Part shown: piece by piece, positions 24,441 to 38,032 of the stretch
Numbering within the stretch: position 1 is the stretch's first letter
How the letters are laid out: each line of letters starts with the position of its first letter
Assembly: GCA_028534125.1 (NCBI GenBank)
Contig: CM052817.1
Coordinates: forward strand, 42,968,001-43,032,000
Length of the DNA: 64,000 nt
DNA from: Lama glama
Lineage: Eukaryota
Reading direction: 5' to 3'
Made by a program: the position numbers and the translations under genes
The notes under the pieces: model-generated
Seen by the model: only the letters and a program-made list of their open reading frames with translations
The model's database searches: none
What the model was told of the DNA's origin: nothing

Positions 24441-25304
24441 TGGCTCTGAATTGGGCCTCAGTCAGGGCGAAGCGGTATTATTTATTGGACCACTTCAGAC
24501 CTCAACGTGAGACTCTGAGATCACAGCAGGGAGAAGGGCACTCACTGTGTTGCACGTGATAGCTGACTCTTTACTTAGGCCTCTTGGTGAGTGCTTGCAA
24601 CTCTGACAGTAAATACAGCCCCATGTGTATTTCTTGCTATGGAAAGGGAAGCTGAGTTACATCCCCAAAGCGACCCAGCTAACAAGCGATGAAGCCAGAA
24701 TCAACCCCAGGTTGGCCTCCTGCAGGAACTCTTGTCTCCTCTGCATGAGGCCACCTCGTACCTCATAAAGATAAACCGTGCAGAGTCCTGAGGGACTCTA
24801 GCTTAGCTGCAAAGGCCAGTCCTGCTCTTGGGTCCCCAAAACACTTCCTGCTTTCTACCACAACCATGACGTTTTAATCTGCCTCCTAAAGGTCTGGCAT
24901 TTCTAGAACATTCCTGGGAAGCATCCTGACTTCCTGTTTCTTCATAATCTAAATGTCTACACCTAGCCTCATACAAGAGATATATACTGGAATAATTTTT
25001 AAAGTACTAGAAGAGAAGGCTTGCTACTTAAAGGAAATATTTTGTAAAGCAAATAATTCTTCAGTGATTCAAATATTTATCCCTTATGTTTTTATAAATT
25101 TAAATATTTAAATGAAGGGTTTCTGGTCATTAGAACATAGCAATTTTATAACTATTTTGATCACAGAGCTATTTTTAACTTTGATATGAAAAACTGAATA
25201 GTGTTACACTTTTCTCATCTTTAAAATTAGAAGGTTGGAGTTGAACTTGATATTTTAAAAGGCTGCATCCAACATGAAAATCCTAGTTATTAATTTCTGA
25301 ACTC

Positions 25305-25510
25305 TGCAAAGCACTTCATCACTGTCAAAATATTTTAGAATGCATTCTCTCATTAAATCCTGACAATAACCCTGATTCGGCAGAGAGTGGTTATTATCTC
25401 CATGTTCCTGATGGGAACCCAGGCTTCAACCTGCTCTGTAATGTGGCTTGGATTGCAGCATAGAGGAAGCTAGAGCCCAGGATTTCCAGCTCCCAGCCCC
25501 ACATCTTTCC
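25305..25510 (-). mobile_element. MIR SINE
   Basis: 'tctcattaaatcctgacaataaccctg...ttattatctccatgtt...tagagcccaggatttccagctcccagccc'. Confidence 0.7.
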
Positions 25511-26449
25511 GCAACCTAGAAATGTATGTCTTGAATTCTGGGTCTATACAGAGATATGGTCCTCCCTCAGCAGTTGGGGAAATGTAGCTTTACCAACAAC
25601 CTAGACACTAAGAGAGACAGTCAATAATCAGGGCTGCCAAGAGAGTTTGCTCCAGTAGGGGAAAAAAAAGGGGGGGTGTGTATGTGTGGAGGGGGTCAGG
25701 GGTACTCCTTAACAGGAAGAAAAGGCTGAAAACAGAAAAATGAAGCAGAATGTGGATTGATACCAAACATCATCAAGCCAAGGGCCCAATAATTTGTACC
25801 ACCTGCCTTGATGCCCTACCCACATCTTTCTTCTATACAGACCCCTGCAGACAGCGTTCCATGTGCATCTTCTTCAAAGTGCAGTCCCAGGCCATTCTGT
25901 ACAGAGAGAGGAGTGAAGGCCAAAGAAGTGTGGGGCACGCTGGCAGGAAGTAAGAAGCATTTGAGAACATCCAGTGCTCTGAGTAAAAAATACAATGAGT
26001 AGCCTGCCAGTCAGTATAGGTGCAATTAAAGTTTGCTTTCTATCCATGTCCTTAGAAGCTGCTGAGCAGATGCTGGGATGAATGATCAGGAGTTCAGGGC
26101 ATCTTCCAGGTAGAAGGAAACATTTAAACAGTCTCAGGTTGTGATAATAGCAGTGGTTCTGCATATGATTGTATCTGGGGGCCTTTTTTCTTGACCAATG
26201 CTCTAAGATAACGTTTATTAGAAAATCAACTTATTGGACCTTCATAATGGTACTGAAAATGAAACACATAGTAAAAATAAATGAATAAGAAATCAGGTTT
26301 GAGGTCTATGGAAAGCAATACATGTGATCTGTACCAAAACAGCTACACACTTTCACAAAGGCTTATATCTAAAATTGGAATGCACATTATCATTTTTCAA
26401 ATGTTTTCAAATAGAATTCCCCCAGTGATCTTGTGAAGTAGCAAGAGGG

Positions 26450-26640
26450 AACTCTTTAATTGAACTACATATACAACCAGAAAAGCATCCAGATCACTGG
26501 GCCATCACACAGCCTGAGGAATCTTCCCAAAGTAAACACAACTGCGGAAACCATGCCCAGTTTAAGAAAGAGAAAACTGGCAGCACCCCAGAAGCCCCGC
26601 AGTTAACCGAAGTCCCTCCCGACACTTCCCCACCGAAGAA
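26450..26640 (-). mobile_element. L1ME-type 3' end
   Basis: Reverse complement reads 'ggggcttctggggtgctgccagttttctctttctt...gtgtttactttgggaagattcctcaggctgt...gtagttcaattaaag'. Confidence 0.7.
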
Positions 26641-26689
26641 AGCACTCCTCTGACTCCTCACAGCACAGCTGCATTTTGACATGTGTTCT

Positions 26690-26830
26690 CAGTTTCCCTC
26701 TTAAAGATGAGGAAACTAGCGTTTAGAAAGCTGCAGCGGCCTTCCCACAGTCATACAAGTCTCCAGCCAGTCTGCTCTCCTCACTCCTAACCGAGGGCCC
26801 TGTTCTCTATCACATACTGCTAGATTCTCC
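26690..26830 (-). mobile_element. MIR fragment
   Basis: 'aaagatgaggaaactagcgtttagaaag...ccttcccacagtcataca'. Confidence 0.55.
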
Positions 26831-28019
26831 TTCAATTTCCTGAAAAACAGAGGTGATTTTTGTACCCTACTTGTTGTGCATGTCCATTTAATACTGAGAG
26901 CAGCCGCAGTGATTAATTTGAATATGCATGTCAAAATATGACTTGTTATAAGAATATTCCCAGCAGCAAACACTACTCCCGCTTGCTGCCTATCTACCCT
27001 TTGGTATAAATGGACTCACACTGGGAAAAGAAAATTTCTTCCAAATTTTTAGTCCTAACGTCACTTAGCTAAATAATTACATTCATGTCATCTTTGGAAT
27101 GCAACATTACTAATATATTTTTCTTTTTCAAATCCTGGTGAAAAACTCAAATATTTTCGAAAGGAGAAAAACTTCCAAGCAAGTAGCTACAAGAGAAATA
27201 TAAAAACAGTGTAATCCTGACAACTACCAGATAACAACAGTTAGTAGTCTCTATAAAGAAATAGTGCATTTCTTCGAAAAAATTAATGCAATTAAAATTT
27301 TAACCTCCCTCTATTTTTCTCTGATGGGCAGACATTTAAATGAGTTGATCTTACTCTTTTCTTTCAACTTGAGGGAAAAGAATTTGTCATAACACTGATG
27401 ACTTTTCAAAGCCATCACCTTACAACTTCCAAATATTACAGAGTAAGCTTAGTCCAAAAATTACTTTGAAGAATCAAAATATTTTGTTTAACGTAGAATA
27501 ATTCTGCTACTAACCTCAGAATTTGGCCAACAGATCAGAATTCACACAAGCCTGAGCTTTTAAAAAAGCGAAGTGATGACTGCTCTGCTAACACTTCTCA
27601 TGTAACTGCAGATAACGAGCCTACAATAGCTGAAGACTATTAAGATTATGCAGAAAAAAACCTCATCCCTGAAAGAGTGGGTAAGAAAAAGGTTTCACTT
27701 CCTTTTTAATGTCAGCATTAGAAACCAACTGGAAAATAGAAAAAGTAAAAACAACTTCTGCATGAGGTAATATAGAAGCACCATTCTTCTGATTGCCCTG
27801 AATTATTCAAAAATATAATGAAATTCCAGGAAACATCAGATGCTGCGGGTACATGAAGATAATTTTGTTTTTATAACCAATTTCAGGCAGATAAATATTA
27901 GAATCCTTTCCAATTTCTCCCTTATGAAACCGAAGTGTCACCAAGATTTACAGCCCCTCAAGTTCCCTTTTCCGAGGAACATTCATTTACATAAACAGAT
28001 AATCCTAGATAAAAATTTC

Positions 28020-28380
28020 CATTAGACAAAGGTGAAATGGATCAATTTTCTCTGCCAAGACAAATCTTAAATCTTGAACAGATAGGGTCATTATTACACC
28101 AGCCCCATTTCAGAAATAATGTATTTTTAAAAAATCAGCCGATAGCAGCCATTTCCAGCTTTCCAATTATCTTTAAGAAAAGCTTATTCTGTGGACAATA
28201 AAGCACATTACTGCACAATATGATACAGTCCATAAAGATCACAATGTTTTATGAAAGGTTAAAGAAAGCTCAGCACATTTAGGGGAATGTCATAACCCGC
28301 AAAGTCTTTCAAGACTCAGCTGCAGCCGTGGGCAGGCTGTGCAAACATTGTGCGAGGCGATGCAGAATTCCTTTTTCAGT
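28020..28380. promoter_or_regulatory. Putative conserved non-coding element
   Basis: Repeat-free; CCATAAA/TTTATGA (HOX-type), ACAAT (SOX-type) and ATTA cores; CpGs retained near 28300-28360. Conservation not tested. Confidence 0.35.
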
Positions 28381-29549
28381 ATCAAAACAGTGAAAAAGAA
28401 AGCATATGCCAGGATGCTTCTATTGTGAAACCTGGGATTTCTACAGATAAGATGAGAGAGGAAATGAAACCACAAGAAATATCTCTCTTCATTTCTGAAG
28501 CCATCAGATTCACTCAATAGGAGAGTTCTATGCTGACAAGAAGGCAACTCTATTTTCTTGGAACCCAGTGCCAGCTTTCTTGTTTTCTCTTCAAGCAACT
28601 TTTTTCATGCTATTTCATCAATATTAATAAAAACTACAGCAAATAAGGAAAAAGGTCTCTGACTTTTTCCCCATCCTTCATAAAATGCCCTAGTAGTTTT
28701 AAACGACTAAGGAGGAAGGGATGTGTGCCGTGATATTCAAAGTTATAATTAAGTAAAGGAAATTAAAAATTCTCTGATGCCTGATAAAAGATTGTTTCAC
28801 TATAAGAGTATGGGGATTTGGAGATCAACACATTTTCTTCTTCTGTACTAACGAACCACTGCAAGAAACGGTTTCAGAGGCTAATGCTCCCTTATCAAAT
28901 TGAGAAGAACTCACTCCACAAAGAGAACTGATCAGCTACTATGGGCAAGGCTACAAAAGGGAAAGGACATAAAGGAGACTCAGTCTCAGTCCCTCAAGAA
29001 ATTGATGCATATCAAAGGGGGTGGGGGTTGGACCACTTAAAGGAATGTTATATTTAGCTTAAAATTAGAATGAAGAACAAGATGGAAAATGATCCCGTCA
29101 GATTCATTCAACCTACCAGAACCCTAAGAACAAAGTGATGCTGCAAACACCTGAAATCATAGTTTAAGGTAAATAAAAGCTTTGAAGAAGCTTAAGAGAG
29201 TCCCTGATACTTAACTCCACATTATCCAGGGATGGGGGAAACAGCTGTATCTTTTAAATACCATGAAAAAGAAAAGAAGTCATCATGAGAGGACCCACTG
29301 ATGTCTAAATTATTATTTTTAAAACTTGGTTGTTAAATAAAATTCAGTTGCTTCATATCAAGTACAAGATTTTATAATTTTGAGATTATATAACTAACAC
29401 TGAGTTTAGGAAATAAATTACCCTTGACATCATCATAATCCAAACAGACACTTAGGCCATATTTAAATATTTTATTTAGAGGAAACAGCAGAGGCTGAGC
29501 TAAATATGCTCCGTTTATTCTTCTAATAAGATAAATAGCTTAGAAGATG

Positions 29550-29874
29550 TGTCTTAGTCCATTCAGGCTGCTATAACAAAATACCACAGACGAGACAGCT
29601 TATAAACAGCAGAAATGTATTTCTCACGGTTCTAAAGGCAGGAAGGCCGAGATCAGGGTGCCAGCAATGTTCGGGTGAGGGCTCTCTTTCAGGTTGCAGA
29701 CTTCTCGCTGTATCCTCACGTGGGAAAAGGGCAAGGGCGCTCTCTCAAGCCTCCTTTGTAAGGACATTAATCTCCTAATGCCCTCCCAAAGACCCCACTT
29801 CCTCTACTATCATGCTGGGTGTTGGGGTTTGAACATGTGAATTTGGCAAAGACACTGATGTTCAGACCACAGCA
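29550..29874 (-). mobile_element. MaLR solo LTR (MLT1A-like) with 5-bp TSD
   Basis: 'tgtcttagtccattcaggctgctataacaaaatacc...ttcagaccacagca'; TSD agatg at 29545-29549 and 29875-29879. Confidence 0.92.
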
Positions 29875-32272
29875 AGATGGGAGAAGAAAATGGTGAGAAG
29901 AAAAACTACCCTGCTCTGTATCTCCAAAAGGCCAAAGTTTCTGTGTGGTGGACCAGAATAGCAAGGGAGAGAGAATGAAGCCCCCTAAGTGTCATTTGCA
30001 TGATTGAGATTTATAAGTTAAAAAAAATTGACGAGATTGGATTGCATGTTTCTAGGACTGAGACAGGTAGACTGAATAGAGGCAAAACTCTTCTCTTGAT
30101 TGAACATTCCCACGCAGCGCTAGAGAGAAGAAACCAAAACATCGGCATTTCCACTCTAAAAGCTGTCCATCCTGAACTTGCTAGCGCCCTCCTACCAACC
30201 TGTCTGCCTTCCTTTCTTCACTTGCCCAGAGGAGGAAACATTGGGGGAAAGTTCAGGAGATACTTCCCTTCCATGTCCATGTAACTGGTGCTCGACTATG
30301 AGCAAAATTCTTATTACGAATAGAAAATGAGTCTTCGGTCATGTAATGAGCTGGGAAAAATAATTTTATACTTCACACTTTTTGGGGATTAAAAAAAAAA
30401 CACCTTGAAAAGTACTTGGAATAGGAGATAAGCCCTCAGGGGGCCAGGCTGTGCTCTGAAGAAGACAAGGAGAGAAATGTTTGTTTTCCCAATGATGGGG
30501 GAAGCCAGGCTGGAAGGGAAGCAGGTGCAATCAGAGAAAAGGCAGAAGGTGCACACAGTGACTTGTCAGAGCCTTCCAGATCTTTAATAAAACCCACAGA
30601 AACCTCACTGAATGTTTGATGTGAGTGGATTCCGTATAGAAACCAGTAAAACAGCAAAACAGTAACTTCAAAACACCCAAGGCAAAGGTGGGAACAGAAA
30701 CCCATGAGCCAGTGAAATCTGCAGATATCTTCAGGAAGCCTGAACTCTAAAGGGCAACCCTACCTTGCTCTCAAGGTTAGAGTGGTCCCAACTATCAGTC
30801 TGGAATAAGTTTTCTAACCCACCTTTTGGTCTATAAGGGAACTTTACAAGATAAGTCAATATGGGAAAAATGAATGAGGAACTTCTGGTATCACTTTTAC
30901 CAGCACACTTTTCCGAGTGTAAGTGCACCTTAAATGTCATTTTAACTTTTTATGTGCATGTAAATAGCTATTATTTCAGTTGCTGGAATATTAGTCATAA
31001 CATCTAATGATGTGGAGATTGTTGCCTTATAAAACTCACAGCTGGGTGGCTACATGGCTCAAGGCAAAAGCCTATTTTAAAATCCATTGCTTTAGGAGGA
31101 GAATGTTTATTAAAACATTATATCTATTAAAAATATATGATGCATCATTGGTCATTCTCTGTGTTGTAATGCCAACCACAGTTTTCTCCAGCAAGGGTTT
31201 TTGAGTTGATACCTGGAAACCTGGCAAGGCCCACAGCCTAATTTACCAGTCCATCAAAAAATAAATAAATCCCAGTAACCAGAAAGTAAATCACCAAAGG
31301 TGCCTGCACAGCAGCCCATGAACTCGTGTTTACACAGGATCCATGGGGGTAGCTTTTGCTGTCAGTCAAGTATTTCTAAGCTTGTAGGGAAGTAAATGTT
31401 CAAAAAGGAGTAAATGTTTGATCTCTTTGTAACAGAAGTTAAATGAATTAATAATAAAGATACAGTGAGTGGGGCTCATATTTGTGAAATAGAGAAGTGA
31501 GATGAGAAAAAAAGGACAAGCTAACAACTAGGGTGACAAGGGCTAAAGAAACATTTAGAACTTTATGCAATTAAGCTAGACTCTACCTTCAGTAGTTCTC
31601 ACAATGTTATTCAAGTTATGGAGAAAAATGGATTTTTCATCAACCTAACAGCAACAAACTGAGAATAACTTGTAAATACAAACAATTTCCAGAGAGATTT
31701 CTGACTTTCTTAATGTGCCATCAGTCCAACCCTGCTGCTTGCTTGTGCTTAAAAAGAATACTTAATCTATGGATTTTCTATCACCTAAAATAAATATTTG
31801 ATGAAGATATACTTGGTCTGAACCCAGCAGAAGTTCCATAAACATATGTCACACTGAATCCAAGTCTTTTAATTGCACTGATTTCCTTTCTGCTACCCGA
31901 CTTTGCACAATTATTTTGCTGAATGCTACTTTCATCCAGATAGACAAAGAAAGACAGAGATGGAAATGTTCAAAGAGGGTCAGTGTGACAAGGCACATGG
32001 AAAATTTTTTCAATAAGGCTGAAATTTGAGATTTAAAGGAAGGCTCATCTTTGACTTTCAACTACCTTAATTCTCTGTTCTTCACTCTCTTGGGGATGTA
32101 GAAGCAATGAAAAGGGTTATAATTGGAAAGCGGAACTAAGTAATTAAGCAAGCAACTTGAGCTAAGCCAATGGCACAGAACCTATAAATCGATCTTTCCA
32201 GAGTCCAACTGAGTGCTCAGCTTTGTGCTGATCTTACTTCTCTGCTTTCCTTTTTTCACGCTCATTCACTGG

Positions 32273-32702
32273 TCTGTAGTCTGTTCTACGCATCACTCAG
32301 GTCCTTGCTTCAGGACCAAGGCACTCATTTCCCTGTTGCCTGGATGTGCTGGCTGCTGGTGAGTCACAGCTGAGATCCCCCTGGAGTTTTGCTCTCAGCA
32401 GAAGGGAGCTTCCTTCTCCCAAATCAAACTCCTCAGGGTCAGCCACATATCCAGCAGCTGGTCAATATGGGGATACGAAGGCCCAGTCCCCTCACCTCAA
32501 CTTAGGATATCTCTGAAGGGCTTTTCAAACTTCAGAGCTTCGTGTGGGATCAGCTGAGAGCTCTGTTGCAACTGTACCACAATTCGGCTCTCCTTTTGCC
32601 CAATCCTGCTTCCCAAACAAGTGTTGCTCCTAAAAGACTCCTTTAAAAATTTTCTGTACACAAATCTCTGGCTCAGATTGACTCCCAAGAACCTGACCCA
32701 CA
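32273..32702 (+). mobile_element. ERVL solo LTR, LTR16-like
   Basis: 'ttcaggaccaaggcactcatttccc...tgcccaatcctgcttccc...ctgtacacaaatctctggctcagattgactcccaagaacctgacc'. Confidence 0.75.
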
Positions 32703-33356
32703 GAAGGGTCTTTATTAACTTATAGCAAAACTGAACTGAGACACAGAGAGGAAAAACCTCACTGAGAACCACCCAATGTCTGTCTATTGCCACTTTTTTG
32801 TTCATGACCCCTCCTTACTGCTCCACCGAAGAGGCACCCCCTTGCTAATAGCCATCTACCTTTTACCAAGGAGAGAAATAATATTGAACTGTCTAGAAAA
32901 GTGAGATTGGGGAAAGGAGGTATGGAATAATTCAGGAGAACAGTAAATGTCTCAATATCATCTTATTCTAATACTCAGTGGCCTTTCTGGGACAATCTTG
33001 GTCATCATATTCCTGGAGCAGGAAAAGGAAATAGAACTGAAATTGAATAGCTTATGAGAATACCCAACAAAAACCAGACCCATTCTAATCAATTTCCACC
33101 TTACTAAATCAGAAATTCCCTTGAATGAAGCTTTCTGCTGTAGTCCACCTGGGATTCCACAGTGAATGGAAATTTCAAAGCTTTCTTACTGCAATGTGTT
33201 GGAAGGTCCAGGTCACCTCCATTCACCAAGTCCTTTCTCCAACTACCACGTTGTAATAGGTAAAATTATTCTCCTGTCCTCAGAGTAGTTCATCCAGACT
33301 TATTTAGAGGAAGAATAAATGTCTCAAAATGCAGAGTTTTTGCTTTGGTAGTCATG

Positions 33357-33848
33357 ATATATTAATTTCCTATTGCTGCTTTACCAAATTACTATAAACA
33401 TCATAGCTTAAAATAGTAGAAACTTATTATCTTACTATTCTGTAGTTCAGAAGTCTGAAATTGGTCTTACAGGCTAAAGTCAAGATAATGGCAGGGCTAT
33501 ATTCTTTCTGGAGGCTCTAGGAAAGCGTCTGTTTCCTTACCTCCCCAGCTTCTGGAGGTTGCCTACATTCTTTGGCTTGTGGACCCATCTTCCATCTTCA
33601 AATTCCTCTCTCTGCTTCTATCACTACATCACCATTTTCTTCCTCTGACCTTCCTGGCTCTTTCTTACAAAGACCCTGGTGATGACATTGGGCTCAATAA
33701 ATAATCCAGGATAATCACCCTATCTCAAAACCCTTAATTTAATCACACAGGAAATCCCTTTTGTCTTGTAAATTAACATATTCACAGGTTCTAAGCATTT
33801 GGGAGTGGACATCTTGAGGGAGGGAGAGCATCACTTGGCCTACCATAC
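33357..33848 (-). mobile_element. MaLR solo LTR (MLT1D-like)
   Basis: 'tattaatttcctattgctgct...ttctttctggaggctctagg...ataatccaggataatc...cacaggttctaagcatttgggagtggacatct...gcctaccata'. Confidence 0.88.
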
Positions 33849-34422
33849 ACGGCTATTCATTTTTACCAGGAAATGAAAAAGAATGATCTAACTCCCCCAG
33901 GAGAACTAGTTTTAAAGTTCAAGTCACAGTCTCACCTCATAAATACTGGTTCAGTGTCTTCTCCTAGTGCTACAGCTGCATCATCCAACATCACTGTGCT
34001 AATTAGAAGCTCACCCATTCAGCTGCCTGGATTCTGCTAACTCAGCTGGGACCTTTAAATTTAGTCAAGCTATTTTTGTGGAAATTTTTCCCAAGTTTAC
34101 AGGGGTGGGAAGCTAGGAGCACAAGCTTCTTTTGGATATGCAAAAACTGAAACAACTTGGTGACTGAAAGTACACTCAAATACCTTCATGCACAATTCAA
34201 GAATCAAAGCAAATGGAATTGCAGAATTGGATAACTTGCAGGGCTTCTAGGGGGCCTATTTAGTGAGTTCTTTCATTCCACCAGTGAGAAAGCTAAGGAA
34301 TAGAAAGATTAAGTCAAGCTGATTAGCCTCTTGAGTAGTAAATCCGAGACATGATATCTGTACCTTCTGCTTAATTGCCAGGAGGGGATGAAGGGAAGAA
34401 AGCAGGGGGAAATAGGCATGCA

Positions 34423-34553
34423 GGAAGGAAGAAGGAAGGATGGAAGGAAGGAAGGAAGGAAGGAAGGAAGGAAGGAAGGAAGGAAGGAAGGGGAGGGGAT
34501 GGGAGAGAAGGGGAGGGAAGGGAACGGGAGGGAAGGGAAGGGAAGGGAAGGGA
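34423..34553. repeat. (GGAA)n / (GGGAA)n polypurine microsatellite
   Basis: 12 perfect GGAA units at 34442-34489, then GGGA(A) units. Confidence 0.97.
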
Positions 34554-34559
34554 AATGAT

Positions 34560-34720
34560 TTGGGCATCCACCCTGCACCAGACCTCACACAAGTCACTTT
34601 TCTTCATATTATCTATGTCATCCTTACAAATATCCTGGTGATAGAGGTATTGGCTTCATTTTTTATAGATCAGGAAACCAAGGTTCAAAAAGATCTGGTA
34701 TGTCCACTCAAGTGCAGACA
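34560..34720 (-). mobile_element. MIR fragment
   Basis: 'catccttacaaatatcctggtgatagaggtatt...tttttatagatcaggaaaccaaggttca'. Confidence 0.65.
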
Positions 34721-35609
34721 CCCAGAACAGTCAGCTCTCAAGGAGGATAAAGGGGAAAATGAATCAAAGTCATGTATAATCCCAATACTGATTAAAACAA
34801 AAGTAGTCAGAACTTGGTACCAAATGAATTTATATAAACATATTTCCTTGTAATTATATCTAATATTTAGGAACACATTTACCACTCCACAGATGTCCAA
34901 AAATATAAAAATAATTTTAGTGCAACTCATTAAGAACACTAAATACCACATGTGTCACTTGACGAGAAATCACTAAAAGCTTGCTAAAAATCTAATTTCT
35001 ATTTGCTTCCTACTTAATCTCTTTTTTCTACAGGTTAGAACAGAACCAAGTTGGGCAAAGAAGTAGTGCTTCAGTCTCCCTCTTCCTTCCCTTTCTCATT
35101 TAATTCCTCCATCCTGTCTTTGTCATCCTTGAATCTACAGCCTCTTAAACTCCCTTTGCCTTTGCTTAAACTAGAGCTTCCTCCTTAAGGGCCCATGGGC
35201 TCATTGATGGGGCCCAGAACTAGGAGTTGTATAGCTGGAGGGGGTCTGACAGTCACCAGACAGCTACAAGCAATGAAACCTTCAGATATGCACTTTTAAT
35301 GCACTTTCTATTAATCCAAGAAATAGAGAACATAATCCCAAATAACTGAGAAATGAGCATTACTAAGGAACTGAAAACTTAGCTTTCAGGGATTCCCAAG
35401 CCTTTTCTTCTTATCATTTACTGCCTATAAAGCAGGAAGCACAGGAGATTTATGCTCAACAGTTGGCTTAAAATCATATAAACACCCAGCATCATTCTGC
35501 GCTATGCTACAAAATAGGACCTGAAAGTTGTACATGAAGTGAAGTGAAGTTTCATAAAAAAAAAAAATCACAAGTTGCCGTTGACTCTGAAGATATTTAC
35601 AGAGCTGTG

Positions 35610-36240
35610 TTCTACAAGTCCTGCAAATGAGCTTCTCCCCTGGCCTGGAATGCCTCTCTAGCTCCTCCACCAGACACTCCACTCTTCACACATACACACA
35701 CGAACACACATACACCCTCGCCTGGCTGAGTCTTTTCAGTCCTCCTTATCAGGCAAGGCCTCACAGACCCTCCAGACTAGGTTCAATCCCCCCTCATCTT
35801 CTTATTGTCTCTGGAGCTCTTCTCACTGGTGTTGGTTGCCTCATCCTTTGTCAGTAGGCTAGGATAAATGTTTGGGCACCAGGTTCTGGAGCCAGTCTTC
35901 CTGAGTTCAAGTATCAGCTTTGTCACTAACCAGCTGTGAGATCTTCAGTAAGTTTCTTAATCTTCTGTGCCTCAGTTTCTTCATCTGGGAATGGGAGATC
36001 AGAGTTCTCCCCTCCGAAGATTACTGGATGGAAGATGTGAGACAATACATGTATAGCATTTGGAAAAGTGTCCAGCACACAGTAAGTTCTACACAAGTGT
36101 TTGCTATTATTATCCATGAGCTGTTGATTCTCCCTCAACAGACTGTAAGGTGCATGAGAGCTAGAGCTGTTTCTGTGTGGCTCCCCACTGCACTGCTAGT
36201 ACCTAGGATCTGTGCTCACTAAGTCATTTTTGAAGAAATA
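35610..36240 (+). mobile_element. L2 3' end interrupted by a MIR
   Basis: 'ccctggcctggaatgcctctct' before the MIR and 'cagactgtaaggtgcatgagagctagagctgtttctg...ctagtacctagg' after it. Confidence 0.65.
35850..36112 (+). mobile_element. Near full-length MIR
   Basis: 'ttctggagccagtcttcctgagttcaag...cttctgtgcctcagtttcttcatctg...cagcacacagtaagttctacac...gctattatt'. Confidence 0.9.
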
Positions 36241-36529
36241 AAGATGTGAAACCGCAGAGTTTCCTCTGCCACCATTAAATCTATCTCATTCGTGGACCCA
36301 GCCACATTCACTGCCGTCACTGCTGTTGGAGCTTCTATCATCACTGCTGCTCCAGCACCTTTACTGCTCGTTTCAAGCATCTGTAGCTCAAATGGCTATG
36401 GCAATTTAGGAAAAAGAGGGGCAGTTCTAAAGTACAGTCGTTCTAGCAGCAGCACTGTTAACAAACGTTTTGCTGATTCAGTTTGCATTTCACGGCTAAC
36501 AAAAAGCCCTGGCTAAGCTTAGGGACAGT

Positions 36530-37060
36530 AAAGGCAGAAACTAAAATAGTCAAACTTGGAAACAGAGAGTTGATTGGTGGTTTCCAGGGAAGCGGGGTAA
36601 AATGGGCAGACAACGTTTCAGCTATGCAGGATGAATAAGTTCTGGGATCTAATGTACAGCATGGTGAGCACAGTTAATAATACTGTATTACATACTAAAA
36701 ATGTTCTTTAAAAAAGTAGATCCTTCACAATATAGCACAGGGAAGTATATTCAAAATCTTATAATAACCTGTAATGGAAAATAATCTGGAAAAAATATGT
36801 ATATATAAAACTGAATCACTTTGTTGTACACATGAAACTAATACAATATTGTAAATCAACTATAGTTCAATAAAGAAGAAGCAATGAAAAAACAACAACA
36901 AAAAAGTAGATCTTAAATATTTTCATTACAAAAAAGTAAACATGCTAGGTGATGGATATGTTAATTAGTTTGGTTGTGGTAATCATTTCACAATGTATAC
37001 ATATATCAAAATATCATGGTGTACACCTTAAATACATAAATTTTTCATTCGTAAAAAATA
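36530..37060 (+). mobile_element. L1MA/MB-type 3'UTR carrying a nested younger L1 tail
   Basis: 'gtttcagctatgcaggatgaataagttctgggatctaatgtacagcatggtga...ggtgatggatatgttaattag...gtacaccttaaatacata'. Confidence 0.88.
36723..36900 (+). mobile_element. Young L1 3' tail with 12-bp TSD
   Basis: 'tatagcacagggaagtatattcaa...actgaatcactttgttgtacacatgaaact...caataaa' plus A-rich tail; aaaaagtagatc at 36711-36722 and 36901-36912. Confidence 0.9.
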
Positions 37061-37239
37061 AGCTCCCTAAAAAAAGAGTGACAAAAAAAAAGAAGGCAGG
37101 AGTTTTAAGCTTGGTAAGGAATAAAGATGGTAGAAATTCAACAAGTGCAAATTCATAGCTAGGATCCACCAACAAGATATAAAATAATAAGAACAATAAT
37201 AACAGAAACAACAATGAAAATACTAAGATGCTTTCCAGG

Positions 37240-37495
37240 AGGCACCATAGCAGAGGTGTCATGAGCACAAGATCTAGATCCTGACTCTCTGGGTAAGCCC
37301 AGCTTGATCACTTAATTAACTGTGAAATGCTAAGCAAGTTTAACTTTCATGTGTTTCAGCTTCCTCATCTGAAAAATGAGGATAAAAACAGTACCAGTCT
37401 CCCAGAGTTACAGTAAGGATTAAACGAACAACTTTTTGTGATGAACTGAAACAGAGAGTGGCACAAAGGAACCATTCAGTAAATGTTGGCTACTT
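37240..37495 (+). mobile_element. MIR SINE
   Basis: 'gcaagtttaactttcatgtgtttcagcttcctcatctgaaaaatgaggataa...gtaaggattaaacga...cagtaaatgttggcta'. Confidence 0.85.
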
Positions 37496-37511
37496 CTGTT
37501 AAATCAAAGAA

Positions 37512-38032
37512 TGTTACAACTTTGTTAAATTAAAACTCATTAAGTGGAACACAGGGTGCCAGATAGTGGTCAACAAAAGACCACAATAGAAGTTGAAAGA
37601 GAGTTCTTCACTCACAGGTCCTAGAGGAAGTATGTAACATGCCTCAAGGGACCACACTTTCAGGAGAGCAATAGGACCTGGGGCAGTTGCCTTTAATAGG
37701 GTCCAGGGGTGGGGTGCTTTGGGGTTCCACGGCTGAGGCCAAATTGGTCGATTCAAACCAAAAAGAGTAGAGTTTTGGTAAGCTGAAAAGGGGTCTTATC
37801 TAAGGGGTGCCCAGGTGAAGGCCCTAGGAGGCAGGGGAAATTTGATCTTAAGGACTATTGGGGAGGTCCTAACAGGAACTTATTTTGTTTGTGCCTCTGC
37901 GGGCTGTCCTATAGGGTATGCATTTGCATGAGAGGACTCAGTGTCAGCTTAAGTCCCCTACAGGTTGCTTGGCCAAACAAAATGGATGCCCAGGCAGCAA
38001 TACAGTGGAGTAGCTTAGCTAAACTCTGGACA
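37512..38032 (-). mobile_element. Solo LTR, ERVL class (possibly MER76-like)
   Basis: TGT...ACA ends with near-TSD aagaa/aagag; GC-richer than its flanks; family name recalled with low certainty. Confidence 0.65.

Noticed and set aside
34256..34853. Overlapping ORFs of 78-137 aa
   Set aside because: Translations of the GGAA microsatellite.
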